Below, in pieces: positions 1 to 14,419 of a stretch of DNA of 64,000 bases (position 1 is the stretch's first letter; each line of letters starts with the position of its first letter). Made by a program: the position numbers and the translations under genes. The stretch spans positions 146,754,001 to 146,818,000 of the forward strand of contig NC_042999.1 in the NCBI RefSeq assembly GCF_006345805.1. The letters run 5' to 3'. The notes beneath the pieces were generated by a model, which was not told the origin of the DNA, ran no database searches, and worked only from the letters and a program-made list of their open reading frames with translations. Origin of the DNA: Octopus sinensis (lineage: Eukaryota).

Positions 1-1390
1 AGAAGCACCCTACTCGCTGAGAGATTCTCAGCGAGAGATTCTGAACTGTATTTGAGAGAGCATTTTTTCTTTAATGAAGATATGATTAGGTTCTTGAAAT
101 GCACTCGTTGTAACCGTAACCATTGTTGTTTCTCAGTGTTAACAAATTTTCATTAACGTTTCGCCAATATCTTTATATGATATCCTTTTTAGTATTTCGA
201 TTATATTACTCTCGCAATGGTGGAATTGTGCGTCAAAATCTCATATTGGTGGGGAGTCTGATAATCGTTCCTTATATTATAATAGTGATTGCTCGACACA
301 ATTCTCTCTTATGTCAATATGAGTCACTTGGTATTAACTATATTCGTTGCCTAACCAAATCCTCTGACTAGAGGAAGCGGTTTTCTAAAGAAATATTATT
401 CCACCTTGTGATTTCCAGCAGAATATTAATTATACGCAGCACATTGACAGCAAGCATTCACGTTTAATCCATTATTTTCAGTGCAGAATGATTTATTCAT
501 TCACTGAGATCTAATACGAGCAAAACAAGTTCAGAGTTATCTCGCTTACTTCCAGAAATGTCTTAATAGGCATGATATAGTTAATACCATTTTCCCTCGA
601 TAGCAAAATATTTTTGATTACACTTTTGACTACCTCTGTATTACTTCACTATTGATTTACATACAGATGACATTTCTGAGTAATTAGCGTCAATGGTTTA
701 TTTATTAACTGTCCTTTGAATCATTCAAGCTGGAGAGGATAGGCAAGTTTTTTTAATTAATTACCTGACATTTTTTAAAATCCAAACTATTCATTGGGAA
801 TTATCTCTTAATGAGCTAAGGCTAAATACTGGTTCAGTTATAGTATGCGTAACATCTGTCCTAGGAAAGACTGATTTAAGAGTACTAAGCTTATCAAAAG
901 AGCTCTAGCAATCCACTTGATCTCTGCAGAAATACTTACTATACAGAAGTGAGGAAAACGGATGCCCCTCTTTATCCCATCACTTGCTATGACTATCAAA
1001 TCTGAAGATCAAGTCATTTGGTGTAATTGAAGTATATTTATCAAAGCCTGTCATTTAGTCAAATCACATTGTATGTGACTTCAGAAATAAGAAAATCAGA
1101 AACTTAACTTAATAGCCTTTGCTATTACTTCTTAAATAACACTTGAAAAAATTTTACCTAAATAACTTTTAAACTAAATGTGCAAGTAATACAACTTAAA
1201 TATATAGTGTGAGTTTAACTTCTGTTTCTAGCAACCTGTATCATAACAGGTGAAGGGTGCAAATATTTGATGCTTAACTTCAATCTCCACTAAGTTCAAT
1301 GCTGTAATGTTTAATGCACACTTCAGATTGAGTCATGTTTTAGAGTAATGTGAAACAACAACGTTGTAAGTTGTATTCTGTAATATGTGT

Positions 1391-1713
1391 GGAGGCGTGT
1401 GACTCATTGGTTAGAGTATTCGGCTAACGATTGTAAGGTAGTGAGTTCAATACCCGGTGACGTGTTGTGTCCTTGAACAAGACACTTTATTTCATCTTGT
1501 TCCAGTTCATTAAGCTGCCAACAATGAATTGTACATGTAGTTCAAATGGTCAGCTTTGTTACATTCCGTGTCACACTGAATCTCCCTAAGATCTACGTTA
1601 AGGGTTACGCGTGTTTGTAGGGTGCTCAGCCACTTGCACGTGAATTTCACGAGGAGGTCGTTCCGTTCCTAGGATCAAGTGGAACCGTTGCCGTCGTAAC
1701 CGATGGAGTCCCA
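1391..1713 (+). mobile_element. tRNA-derived SINE
   Basis: tRNA-like head (GGAGGCGTGTGACTCATTGGTTAGAG...GAGTTCAATACCC, degenerate A/B boxes), followed by GTGTCCTTGAACAAGACACTT and a body I recognise as a common octopus SINE. Confidence 0.75.
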
Positions 1714-3660
1714 GGAAGTAATATATTGTAAAATGTAGATATTGCTGTTCAACAATAAGTATATAACTTTATAAAATACTGTAACCAACGCTCCGAAATA
1801 CAGCTTATTATCTTATAGATAGAAAGCTTACATACTGCAGACTGTATAATGAATATATAAGTATCTCTTTATAGTACAGCATGTATAACTTATAAGCTGT
1901 ATTATAAAGCATAATAAACTGTTGAAAAATATATCCTGTACAAAATTGCGTGATTCCCGAATTATTGTTCATAAAGTGTAACATATATATCATGTGATAA
2001 AAATAAATATATTTGTGTGGTCTGCTGTAATATTGTTAATACATTGTTAACTTAAATGTTTATATGCTTGTGAGTTTTATTAATAAATTATTGAACGATA
2101 GATACTTTCATTCATTAATTTATAATGAAATAAATACTTTTATGATTGTATTAATCGTGATCAGATGTATAAAGGAAATATATATATTCAAACATTTATA
2201 CTTTACAAAGAACCCAGGAATAACGATCTATATATTCCATATACCAACGTATGTGATGGCAATGGAAAACTAGTTTAGTTGTATTTTAATTTTTATAGTA
2301 TTAGGTAAGTGGTGCATATACTATTGATCTTTATGACAAGTTCAGACTTAATCGAACTGACCTACAACACGCAACGTATATTTTATTGTTTTATATATAA
2401 CTACATCAGTGAATGAGGTTTTCCGTAATAAAAGAAAAAAGGGCGTGATTGAATGGGGATTTGACTGTTATATCGGGCGGCCACAGAATGACTCCTGGCG
2501 CCCGTATGAAACTGAGATTAATGTAAGCGAATATACATTCTTTGTCAGATAGAAAAATAACATTTATGATTCGATAAACGGTGAAAACTTGTCGAGTAAC
2601 AAAGAAAATCTAAAGAATGGTAAACTGATTTTGATTAATTAAAGAATATAAATATTAAATTAATTACCACAACGAATCCTATGACACAGTCTTCTGTCGT
2701 CAGCATATTCAATGAAACTTGTATCACTTACCTGAAAGAAAAAAGAAAAGGAATTAAATAATCGATATGTAATAAAGTATATTAATTTTTGATGGTTTCT
2801 CCATGTATTATTTCCTAAGAACATCATAAGAAAGCATAAATCCAAATTAAGCTTATTTCTTAATTTACCAATTGCAGAATTGTATTCGGAGGGGGAAAAA
2901 TGAGGAGCATAACATGAGCTAATTTGTCATGTATTGAAATATGGCAGTACGGTCTTCTTGCATGAATTATACAATGGTATATCAGAAAGGTTTATATATA
3001 AATATATATGTATACATATTCACACACATACTCATTCACACACACACATGCACACACACACACATGCACACACACACACACACGCACACACACGTGTGTG
3101 TGTGTGTAGACATTCACATAAAACTCGGAATTGAAGTTTATATAACGTTACTTTAAACTGTTATGAAATATTCCCTTACTAATAATAATATATTCCAATG
3201 ATTATTTTTGCATTCTTGCAGTGACGTCCGATAAATTATCAAATATATCTTCCTTCATTTAATAGATACTATCATAATGATGAATTAGTTTATACATGTT
3301 AGTGCATTGAAAATATTTAATATGAATATTCTGAATTAAACATAATAACATACCCGTAAATTAATCTTTTTGGAAAGTGCCGTTTATAAGAGTTCTCTTT
3401 TAAACAGATTAGTCTCATTTAAACACATAGATTATAGTAATATTACAAAATAACGCATTTCCATTTACAATAGATATTCTCCAGTCCTTTTGTATTAATG
3501 ACATAGAAGCTGGCACAAACTCATGCACACACAGACACACACTTATATGTATGTGTGTTTGTATATAAGAGTATGCACACATATATATATGTGTGTGTGT
3601 GTGTGTGTATGTGTGCGGATGCGTCAGTGTGTAGATGTGTGTGTATATATATATATATAT

Positions 3661-3896
3661 AAATTCGGGGTGAGTACTTGATAATTATAAGCACCTGTGT
3701 ATACCGTTTGGTGGTGTAGGTGGTGGAGTAAATTGATCAAAATAAAAACATGATGCCAAGGATTCAGCGGTGCATATGTTTCGGGCCTTTATTAGACAGA
3801 TTTCTAACAATGCATAATGTATGTCTGTGGCCTTCTTCAGCCGCGCACAACAACTTCCACAAGGACATGTGTTACATCAAAAATTCTTGGTTGGGG

Positions 3897-3898
<2 letters not shown>
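3661..3898 (-). mobile_element. Penelope-like terminal-repeat fragment with decayed hammerhead motif, flanked by (TA)n on both sides
   Basis: Minus strand 3844-3767 reads GCGG-CUGAAGA-A-GGCC...GGCC-C-GAAAC-AUAU-GCA-CCGC. (TA)n tracts lie at ~3645-3660 and ~3899-3935. Confidence 0.55.
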
Positions 3899-3940
<42 letters not shown>

Positions 3941-3959
3941 ACAATTGTAAGAGAAAGAC

Positions 3960-4170
3960 CAAAGCTGAAATGGTAAAATATTTTGATGTGTTTTCAAGCA
4001 GACACCTTTGTTTTGCAAGATGACAATGAACGTTGTACCGTGCTACGACAAAGGTCAAAAGAACCGGAAAATTTCTTAAGGACAAAGCAATCCGGAACAA
4101 AACTGTGGGGAGGTATTTCTGAAAGATTCTGGCGGTGTTGTCATCTTTAATGATACCTCACAAAAAGCGT
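3960..4170 (+). pseudogene. possible decayed Tc1-like transposase fragment
   Basis: Short translated motif KLWGGIS resembles the Tc1/IS630 'VWGGIS' block. The region is frameshifted and the evidence is weak. Confidence 0.25.
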
Positions 4171-4570
4171 ACTGTCCGGAGTAAAGCGTATACAAAGTAA
4201 ATATGAATAAGAATTTGAGATTATGGTTTCTAATAATGATATTATTATTGAAATGTCAATTAATAACACTTAAATGAATTTATCATTAATGTAAAGCACA
4301 ATGGTTTATTAATGCTTTATTTTTCACCTAGATTAATAAACATACCAGGGATTTACACTTGCTGAGAATAAAAGGAACTCACAATACATGCCAAAAGCAA
4401 CCAGAAACAATTTAACACACATGTAAAAGACTTAACTAAGAAATAAAATTATTTTTTGTTCAGTAACGGCGGATAAAATAGACCCATTATGGGAGGGGTA
4501 CTATCTGGTTAGGAAGATTTATACTTCTTACTGTAGATTCACGCCTACACATACATGCACACAAACATAC

Positions 4571-4601
<31 letters not shown>

Positions 4602-4603
4602 TG

Positions 4604-4635
<32 letters not shown>

Positions 4636-4869
4636 TGTATATACATACATACGTACATACATACATACATATATACATACATACATGTACATACGTATGT
4701 ATGTCACTGTTCAGTTTTATTTGAAGATTTCTTGCTAATAGAGAAAGAGCCGGTTTCTAACCTAGATTCAAGGCTCATTCATTGGAATTTTAAGATCAAG
4801 ACCAGTGTATTTTCGTTTGTATGTATATATGTATGTATTTATGTATGAATGTATGTATGTATGGGTATG

Positions 4870-4903
<34 letters not shown>

Positions 4904-6189
4904 TGTATGTATGTATGTATGGGTATGTAAGTATGTATGTATTTTCCATGTTCATATATATATATATTTAAATGATAAACTTTTGGAAAGTTTTACGCAT
5001 TTTCACTGTCCCTGTGATGGATTGGATCTGTAGTCTTCGAATTAGCTTTCTCCTTTCTGGTTTTGAGAAGCCTAATTTCTCAAGATTGGTATTTAGACAG
5101 TGTGTTACATATCCCAGGGCCCCATTAATTACAGGTATCAACCTAAACTTATAATATGGATAGAATAACTGCAGATTTCCCAATAGTTCCTCATAGGTGT
5201 TCTCATTTTCACTGATCTTCAGCTTTATGTTAACATCCGCTGGGCAGCTAATTTCTACAACTGTGCAGTTTCTCTGTGTTTATGTATGTATGTATTATGT
5301 ATGTATTATGTATGTAGGTATGCATGTATTTATGCATGTATGCCTGTATGTGTGCGTGTACGTTTGTGTGTGCGCTGGTATGTTCGAGTAAAACAGGAGA
5401 AAAAGTACTCAATAAATTTCGACTGTATACGTTCGAAGCCGACGCTCTTTTCTGCTATGCCGAATTTCTTCTTTTACTTGCAAACAATTACGTATAAATA
5501 TAAGAAAGCAACAAAATATGCTGCTACGGTGTGTGTATTTGTGTCCGCGCGCGCTCGAAAGTGTGTGTTCCGCGTATGTGTGCCTGAGATTCGTACAAGC
5601 TGGAGGAATTATCTTATTACAACTTTACATCAATGAAAATCGATGCTTCATACACCTTCATAGATATGTTAAAATACGCGGACTATTGAGCCGTCACGAA
5701 ACAATTTGAGTACATTATATTGAACACTTTACGATTGGAGTAGTCTCGGGGATAAGGAGTGCGAAACTGCAACGACTTTCCGGACACCGGCTGAAGAGGA
5801 AATCGGCTGCGATTGATTCGTATATCTTCTTTTTGGTCCTGTTTGCCGTTTGTTATGTTATCGTCTACTTTTCCGCGTGTTGTCTTTTGCTGATTTCCCC
5901 TTGTTTTTGTTCCTTTTGTCCTACCTTTGATTTATCCATGCAGCGCAACGTACCACCTGTTGACTATTTTCTTACAATATACACACACATACACGCACAT
6001 ATACATACATACATACATACATACATACATACATACATACATACATACATACATACATACATACGTACATACTTACATACGCACGTTCGTATATATTTGC
6101 AGTGAGAAATTTTGGGGGCAGACTTTCAGCCATGTCTAGTGGGACCAAATACTCGTTTTGGTGGTGGAGAAAAGGGGGGAGGAGGAGGA

Positions 6190-6256
6190 GAAGAAGAAGA
6201 AGAAGAAGAAGAAGAAGAAGAAGAAGAAGAAGAAGAAGAAGAAGAAGAAGAAGAAG

Positions 6257-6286
<30 letters not shown>
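6190..6286. repeat. (GAA)n microsatellite, followed by a (GA)n-rich tract to ~6512
   Basis: Direct reading; this tract produces the poly-E/poly-R/poly-S/poly-L ORFs. Confidence 0.98.
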
Positions 6287-6287
<1 letters not shown>

Positions 6288-6477
6288 GGATAATGTCGAA
6301 AAGGTAAAAGAAAGATCAACAAATATGACAAATAACGGAGAGAAAAAAGAAAGAAGAGGAAGGAGAGAAGAATGTGGTGATGGTGGAAGCAGAGTTCGGA
6401 AAACATCGAGAGAGAGAGAAAGAGAACGGTAGAGGGAGAGAGAGAGAGAGAACGGCAGAGGGAGAGAGAGAGAACGG

Positions 6478-6513
<36 letters not shown>

Positions 6514-8399
6514 ACTGGTGAAAAATAAAGATTAAAGAAAAGAACAGTATTTCTAAAATTTCTGGTTTCCAATTAAAAAAAAAATACAGAAATGAAGTTA
6601 GCACTTATTTTATATTTTACGTCTCAAATATGTCTTAGCTTTCTTATCTCTTGTCTATAGACATTGTGAGAGTTTTATTAAATTTATTATTTATAGCCTT
6701 AATCCTATTCTGCAGACGCCAAGATATACTTTTACTCTCACATATTATCTTCTGTGTTATAGGATTATGGAGACGGCGTTATTTAATAAACTAGAAACCT
6801 CATTAAAAATGATTATATACATATATAAAGAAGAAAAAAAAACCCAGTCCTGTTTCTTTCTATAAATATCACTATTTTGTATGTTATCACTTTCACAGTT
6901 TATTTTTTCTAGTTTCTTTTTATCTCAATCTAAATCTACATCTTTTAACTATATACTTCATAGTTGAAACATTAATAACATGAGTGATACTGCTCATACC
7001 TTTTGTTCCTCCCCCTCCTTCCCCTCCTCTCTTTCTCCTCCTCCCCTTCTCTCCACCTCCTTCTCCTCACTCCTGCTTCTCCTCATTCCTCCTCCTCCCC
7101 TCCCCTCCCCCTCCTCTACCTTGTATCCTCCGATCCACCACGCTTCTTCTTCGTGTATTGAGCGGGCAGAACATTTAGTGCGTCGAACAAAATGCTTAGC
7201 ATATTTCTTTCAGCTCCTTACATTCTGAGTTCACTCAAAACGTCCAAAAAGAGGTAATCTGGGCTTTTCTTAATCTTGATAAAAGATTATTTCTAAGATT
7301 GATGTGACCAACTACTCCATGTCCCTAAAAATGGTGACCTTGTGTCAAAATTCAAAAACTTAATGATTGTGCCACCAGTCGGTCCGCTTTGATCTACCAG
7401 ACGTAGGTTCAAAGATATTTGAACCATCCCCTCTTTCAAATATATATCTTGCCATTCACCTGCGACGGACCGGCGTCCTGTCCAGGTGGGGAATATATAC
7501 GCCGGGAAACCGGCTCTTATGAGCCAGGTGTGGCATGAAAAGGAACAAACATGTTTTCACTCAGCTTTCATGTACACATGTACAGCAGAAAACAAACCAC
7601 CTCCACCCTTGACCCTCAGGAAATCGAAGACATGTCAACTGGGTGAAGAAACTGCTACAACCGCTCTCAGATTGTTCCTCTTTCTCAGCAGTGCATTATT
7701 AGAAGCTTCTTGCTCAAGGGATATCAGTGAAGTGCCTTATTCAAGGACACATACGTGCGATCAGTTCTGGCAGTAAAACCCACAACCTTTATATGGTGAG
7801 TCATAGTCATTGCGTCTATGTATGTATATTTGTGTGTTTGTTTCTTTATTTTTCTGTCTGTCTCTGTCTCTGTCTGTCTGCTTCTCTCACTACTTTTTAT
7901 ATATAGTCTTAAATTAAATCTTCCAAATGAATACCCAGGGTTTCCTGGTCGAAATAACGATATATTCCCCTATTTATCAGTTGATTTTTGAGTAGATAGC
8001 CGAACACTTATTAAACCGATAACATCTGGTTTATGTCTGCTTGACATCGAATTATTGTAACCTGCGTGATATGCCTCCTGTGTTTCCTTTCTGCCTTCTT
8101 TACAAGCGCCTCTTGTTTAAACGTTTTCTACTCAAAAAGCAAGTGACAAACGGTCTGCTTTCAGCTTGATAAATAGCGGAATAAATCATTTCCACCAGGA
8201 AGACCTGGGTAGCTGTTTGTAAGGTTTGTGAGTTGTAATTTAATTTTTTAAATTTAAGTTATTCTCTTAGCTACACGCGTGCTTTTCTACCTGTTGAAAC
8301 TTTACCTTTACAAACACACACACACACACTAGCACGCACACGCACACGTCATCTGCTGAGGTCGCACTCCCACTTGTTGCCTCTTCGTTTTGAAGTGAT

Positions 8400-9117
8400 T
8401 CTCCTCTGTTCATGCATTTTTGTGACGACTGAAACGATGGAGTAAAGTGCTTCTGTGAAGTTCTGTATTCTGCTGGGGAAAATGGCGGCCGGATCAGTTG
8501 TCATCTTCTAACAGCATACAAGGACGCTGTCATGAGCAAGACATGCGTTTGCGAGTGGTTTGCACGCTTTAGGAATGGTCGTTTGTCGCTTGAACACCAA
8601 CCTCGTTCAGGACGACCGTCGACCTCCCGAACGAAAGAAGAAAATCAGGTAAATTTATGAACTGATCTTGGAGAACCATCACCGAACAATTGACGAACTT
8701 GTTGATATGACTGATGCAACCGAATTTTGAGGGAGTAATTGCGAATGAAAAGAGTTGCAACAAAATTTGTGCCTCGCTTGCTCACGGAAGATCAAAATCA
8801 GTTACGACAAATGCGTGTCGTGAATTGAAAGAAGAGGCGGAAGGTGATCCAGACCTTACTTCGAAAGCCACCACTGACTGATGGAAGCTGGTGCTCAGGT
8901 TTCCAGTTGTGGAAGAGGTAAAGAAAATAACGATGGAGGCGTTAAAATGCATCACTTGGCACTAGTTTCGGCACTGCTTCGATTAGAGGAAAACGCGACT
9001 GGACCGATGCATTGCTTCGGATAGAGAAAACTTTGAAGGCGATAAAAGTGTAACCGTATAAAACTAAGTGAATAAAATTATACTGTAAATTTCCGGTTTC
9101 GTTGGGTACCCCTTGTA
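8400..9117 (+). mobile_element. decayed, internally deleted mariner element
   Basis: Translated remnants MKRVATKFVPRLLTEDQ (WVPHEL-like), QPRSGRPSTS and RLDRCIASDRENFEGDK. The 3' end TTCCGGTTTCGTTGGGTACCCCTTGTA resembles a mariner TIR plus TA. Confidence 0.85.
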
Positions 9118-10329
9118 TATGCATGTATGTATATCCATATAAGTTTATTTCAAATACTGTACTGTTTTTTCAGGAATATTCTTGATCAATGAACAGTCGA
9201 ATAATGCTGTAATATATCTTCTGAATGCACCATTTTGTTCATAACGTATATACTTAAATGAAGCATCGTCCGGAATGGTTTTCAACGAAGTAAAATACAA
9301 AATATATAAGAGGTTATAGACTGGTCTCTTTCTAATTTTCCACGTTCAGTATCTATTCCCTGTTTTAGATTAATTGCCAGCTTTATCTGAGCATTTGTCA
9401 ATGATTTATATATGTTAGTAGTAATAATACTGTTGTGATTATTCTCTTAGACATAATATTAGAAGCAGTTCAGATATATAACTGAAGGGCAAGGAGCTCT
9501 CCAAGTAATTCATTAACATATTCCTGTTGCTTTATTGCAAATACATTTAAACATTGGCTTAAATTAGCCTTTGCTCTGCAGTCAGTGACAATAAATGGTG
9601 TTAGGAGGAAAAGAAATGAGCTCATATATCAGTCATTTTAACATCTTTGGTCATTAACTTGCATTGAGTCGTCATTAGATATAGACCAATAAATACTGTT
9701 AAACTCTCAAAAGGAAAAGCCACAAACTCCAAGGATGTGAAGCACAATTCGAATATGTAACAATCAGAGACTGTTTCATTTCATGATTAACGCACTTCAC
9801 AAGGCAATCTACACCTAGCTATGTTATACGATGTATATTATGATAGGCAGATATATTCAACTCATATTTTAGGCACACATATGGTAGTCTATAAGCAAAT
9901 TAGCTTCTTTATTGACAACATGTGGAACGTGTTCTACAAGCTGTTTCTAAGTTATCAAAAAGAATAATTGAAGTTGCGGTCATCGAATCGTATCCTAACT
10001 ACTGTTTCGGTTTAATATGATCTATAATTTCGCACTACGGCCAGAGAGTATTATAGTAGTATATCACCAGATATCACAGTAAATATTCAAATCCTAAAAT
10101 ATAGTTTATTACTCTGTGGACAGGAAACCAAATCATTAGCGCAAATTTATGATGAAAAGATTTTCATGGGTATGTTAATTATTCAAGTTGGAATTGAACA
10201 CACAGTGTCTTTGACAATTAGGCAATTTCTCCGAACATTCGGATTGAATGATGATGTTCCTTCAATGATATTACGTTCATATTTTACTAAAAAATAAATC
10301 ATTGAAGATTTTAAATGAAATGGTAATGA

Positions 10330-11080
10330 AACTCCATGTCATACTTAGACATGAACAAGGATTTTCAAAAGTCTACGAGAAATCCCTTACAGACTGAAAG
10401 ACGATCTTAAATACGCTGCTACCAATTTACCTCAAAGGAAAGTTCGTGAGAGTGACTATTTCATTTCAATACTTCAACACAAGCCAAGAACACAATAGTC
10501 TCATTGGTCTGTTTCTGTGCAGTGTTTTCGTATATATTCTGTTCACCGTTAGTGAAAATACACTGTATCTCTTCACGAATAATCCCACGCTAATTGCACC
10601 AGTAACAAGTGAACGCAGAATAAGCCTGAAAGAGTGATCGGAATCTGGAATTCCTTCTATCAAAATGAATAGAAGAAGAAAGGTCGTATAACAGAACTCT
10701 GTATTTGATAAGGACTTAGATCACATATATTGATTCTAAAGAATGTTCCCTTATTATCGTAGTTTGTATAGTTAAGAGTGCTAAGAATCGCACACCCTAA
10801 GTTAGTTGACTGATTAAATGAGGAAAATTTTAATATTATCCTCATTGAATCTTTCATACTGGACAGCCAATAAAAGCAACGAAGTTGAAACTCTGCTTTA
10901 GAAATAAAAGCATTCTGTGATAAACACATCAAAGCTAGAGTTTCTCAAAACATATCTGTTTTACTTGCAGTAGCAAACATGTCGTAGATTCAATCTCACC
11001 ATCTCGATTGTTAACGCCAAGTCCGACAAGACCTTTCATTCAGCCACCAAAACTTACAGAAACCTTTGGAAATGACAGCC
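10330..11080 (+). pseudogene. heavily decayed CR1-type LINE reverse transcriptase remnant
   Basis: NSLIGLFLCSVF...ENTLYLFTNNPTL aligns by eye with the RT GSVLGPLLF...LYLFADD motif; a DKDL..IDSK-like segment follows. Many stops and frameshifts. Confidence 0.4.
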
Positions 11081-11879
11081 TGAGCTACTTTTACTGATTA
11101 AAAGAAATTTTGTAGCGCTGACTGCAGAAATACATCCTGTCACAGGTGTCAGAAAAATAATTCGAAGCAATAATATATTTCTTTTTCGTTGTCCACGTTG
11201 AACAGAAATGTGTGACGACGCTATGTTTCACATTCATGTATAAGAAAACATATATACAAACATAAATACGCACACACATTCACACACGCACACATGTACG
11301 TATATGAATATAAAACCGTCAAAAGTTTTATTTAAATTGCCGATAAAAACACTGACAATAATTACAGAAGTTCAACACCCTGCGAGCATACGGGTTAAGA
11401 AAATTATTCAACATACCAAATATAACATCCAGCTATATATTTTCCCATATATAGACTCAGAAGTACTGGTTTCTAGACTGGCATTATAGCCTCACCTTCA
11501 TTCAGCACGCGTTTACCATGAAGAAAAATCCCCCAATCTGTCACGAGTTGTGTCTATTTATCACTCGCTGAGATACATCTGCCCCACCATCAATAGAAGA
11601 AGGAAAAACAGAAGATATATTTCGATTCTAGATCTTACAAGTAGCAAGAATATAAGTAGGAAATTTTTTAAGATCCTTGTTACTGACGGCAAAGTTGGTA
11701 TTCGAAGAAGCGTTGTGTAAGCTTGTGAACATTTACAGAGGTAATACTAATTCAAATAACTGTGGAACCAATTTGGCAAGCAGTTGTGAAGTGTTCCACC
11801 CGTGAGGGATCGATGCTAGATAAGTCGGAACATTTGTGATTAATAATAAATTCTTGTATATTCAATCATGCTTTTCATT

Positions 11880-11937
<58 letters not shown>

Positions 11938-12024
11938 ATGTGTGTGTGTGTATATACATATACATAAATGTATATATACATACATATATATATATGTATA
12001 TATATATATGTGTGTGTGTGTGTG

Positions 12025-12084
<60 letters not shown>

Positions 12085-13340
12085 CATATATATATATATG
12101 TATATATATACATATGTATGTATGTATTTATGTATGTATATATGCATACACACACGCCCGCTCACAGGTTCGTAGATATGCAATGCAAATAACAAACTCA
12201 CCAAAAATGAAGGGACATTTAACTTTTACCAAAACCGTATAAAACACAGAAAATATTTCGCAGGTGGAATTTTGAAATTACATGCAAGAAATAAATGTGA
12301 CTAGCTTTTAAAGTGATAATATAGCAGTGAAACTGTAGGTGCACTTCCTCGAGGGTTTCTTCATACAACTGATGGTGTATAAATATAGATTCTTTAAACC
12401 GCTTGCAGTCTAAATTGGTAATTCAATTGTATCAGAAATCGGTGTGTTGCGTGAGAGTTAGAATCTATCGAAGCATTGTATCTCTACTTAAAATACTGCC
12501 TTAAACCATAAACTATTTCCGTTGTGGTTTGCACAGTTATTTGAATTAGTATTACCTCTGAAAAATTTGACATAAACTTACACAACGCTTCTTCGAATAC
12601 CAACTTTGCCGTCAATAACAAGGATTTTAAAATATTTTCCTACTTATAAAATTTCTACTTATGACATCTAGAATCGAAATATATATCTTATCTTGTTTTT
12701 CCTTCTTCTATTGATGATAACAGTATATATTGAAAAGTTTGATTTTATAACATGAGAGAATGCTTCATACATATTTACTAGCCTGTCAGCTTTTTAGAAG
12801 TGTTTTAAAATCTAGAACGTAAATATAAATGCCGTTTAGAGTTTTGGTCACCGCTCTAAAGATTTGAAAATAATGGATTCTAACATGAGTACTAATTAAA
12901 AAATTATTTGTCTGAGGAAAGCCATTGATTAAATGTAAGCTAAACATGATTTGGCTCCGGAATGATAAACCAAAAATCGGTCACGATAAAGTATCACAGT
13001 TCTTTTGTTTGAGTCAAGGCAGGTTCTGAAATGTGTAAATGTATGAATGAGCTAGTTTGAGTAAATACATAGGTGCATTAGTGGATAAAGTTGCACTAAA
13101 GCACTGAGTGTGCACGTGTGTTGGTTTCATTACTATTTATACGCGTATGCGATATTGGTATATAGTTGTCTATGTGTGTTCATTCAAGAAAACGGAGAAT
13201 CACTATATTATCTTTGTTTTCTTCTAACATTTCTAGACATTTATGCGAATTGTAAATCTGTTCACTGTACCTATGTATATTTATGAGTATACCTATGTGT
13301 GTGTGTACTTTTGTGTGTGCGTGTGTATGTATGTATGTAT

Positions 13341-13542
13341 TGACCTCGTGTGTACCGTTGGCGATTTTTTTCCTCTGTCTTCCCTTCTCTGGATCTTTCC
13401 TTCTCCTATGTTTCCGACGAAGAGCTCCGCTCGAAACGTTAAACCCTCCTTCTGTCCTTCTTTCCTGATCGTCGAATAATACTATATTTGTTCCACGTCC
13501 TCGCGTTGTTCTGTTTTTTGTGCTTTCTTGTTTGGATTAACT
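13341..13542 (+). mobile_element. Penelope-like repeat fragment with minimal hammerhead-like motif (family B)
   Basis: Nearly identical inverted copy at 54967-55128. Contains GUUU-CCGACGA-A-GAGC-UCC-GCUC-GAAAC-GUU-AAAC (13410-13444); the 3' end abuts a (TA)n tract. Confidence 0.6.
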
Positions 13543-13544
13543 AC

Positions 13545-13618
<74 letters not shown>

Positions 13619-14419
13619 CTTATCAAATTATATCAGTTAAATCTTATGTATTCAAATGAATAAAAATGAATGATATAATGTAATTTGATAATGATTTGAG
13701 AGTATTAGTATCAAACAATTTTCATCTCACGAATATTTCAGCTAGATATCAGCATAGTTAAGCCGGTTGATTCATTGAATAAACAGAGATATTGAAATAA
13801 AAAAAAAAGCATTTCTCTATCAGTGAATCGCGAAAGGGTGACTGTTGACATATTTCATTCTAGATGCTGTTTCTTGCCGTTCAGCCCAGTTCAATCCAGA
13901 CTTGGTTGAATAGCCGTTCAGCGCAGATCAACCCAGGCTTGGCTTAACAGATCTACCATGAAAGTTATCTCACCCGTCGTCAACCACTCTTTTTCCCGTC
14001 TCCAAAAGGACCAAGTATCTAATGTGTTTTTTAAGAGATATCTGGCTGCTGTTTCTAGTTTATCAAGTGGCCATCTAAAGGCACCCTTGTTGGTAGATTA
14101 ACTTGTATTAACTTGTATTGTAGTAGAGGTAATTTCAACGCATTATTCACTGCAATACTAATATTGTTGCTGAAAATCTAAATTTCTAAATTTCTAAATT
14201 TCATAACAGACTTGCCTTGATACTTATTGAAACACTGACCTAAATTCTCCTTATGGGGACTCAAAATTGTGTGAATTGCAAATGCAGTGTTGTATTAAAT
14301 TTTTTTTACATAGTTATAACCAGGAATTGCTGCGGTTAATCGAAATTAGCTAAACACTATAATATTCTATGAGTTATGTTGTGATCGGAATGCTGATTTT
14401 AATCTAATTTCTTGTTCTT

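Noticed and set aside
5780-5830. CUGAAGA followed by an AAUCG/CGAUU hairpin
   Set aside because: No GAAA core or stem III follows; at most a badly decayed relic.
5972-6604. Long ORFs with poly-E/R/S/L, and the many YI/HT/CV-repeat ORFs across the window
   Set aside because: They are translations of (GAA)n, (TA)n, (CA)n, (TATG)n, (ATT)n and (GAT)n microsatellites and show no domain signal.
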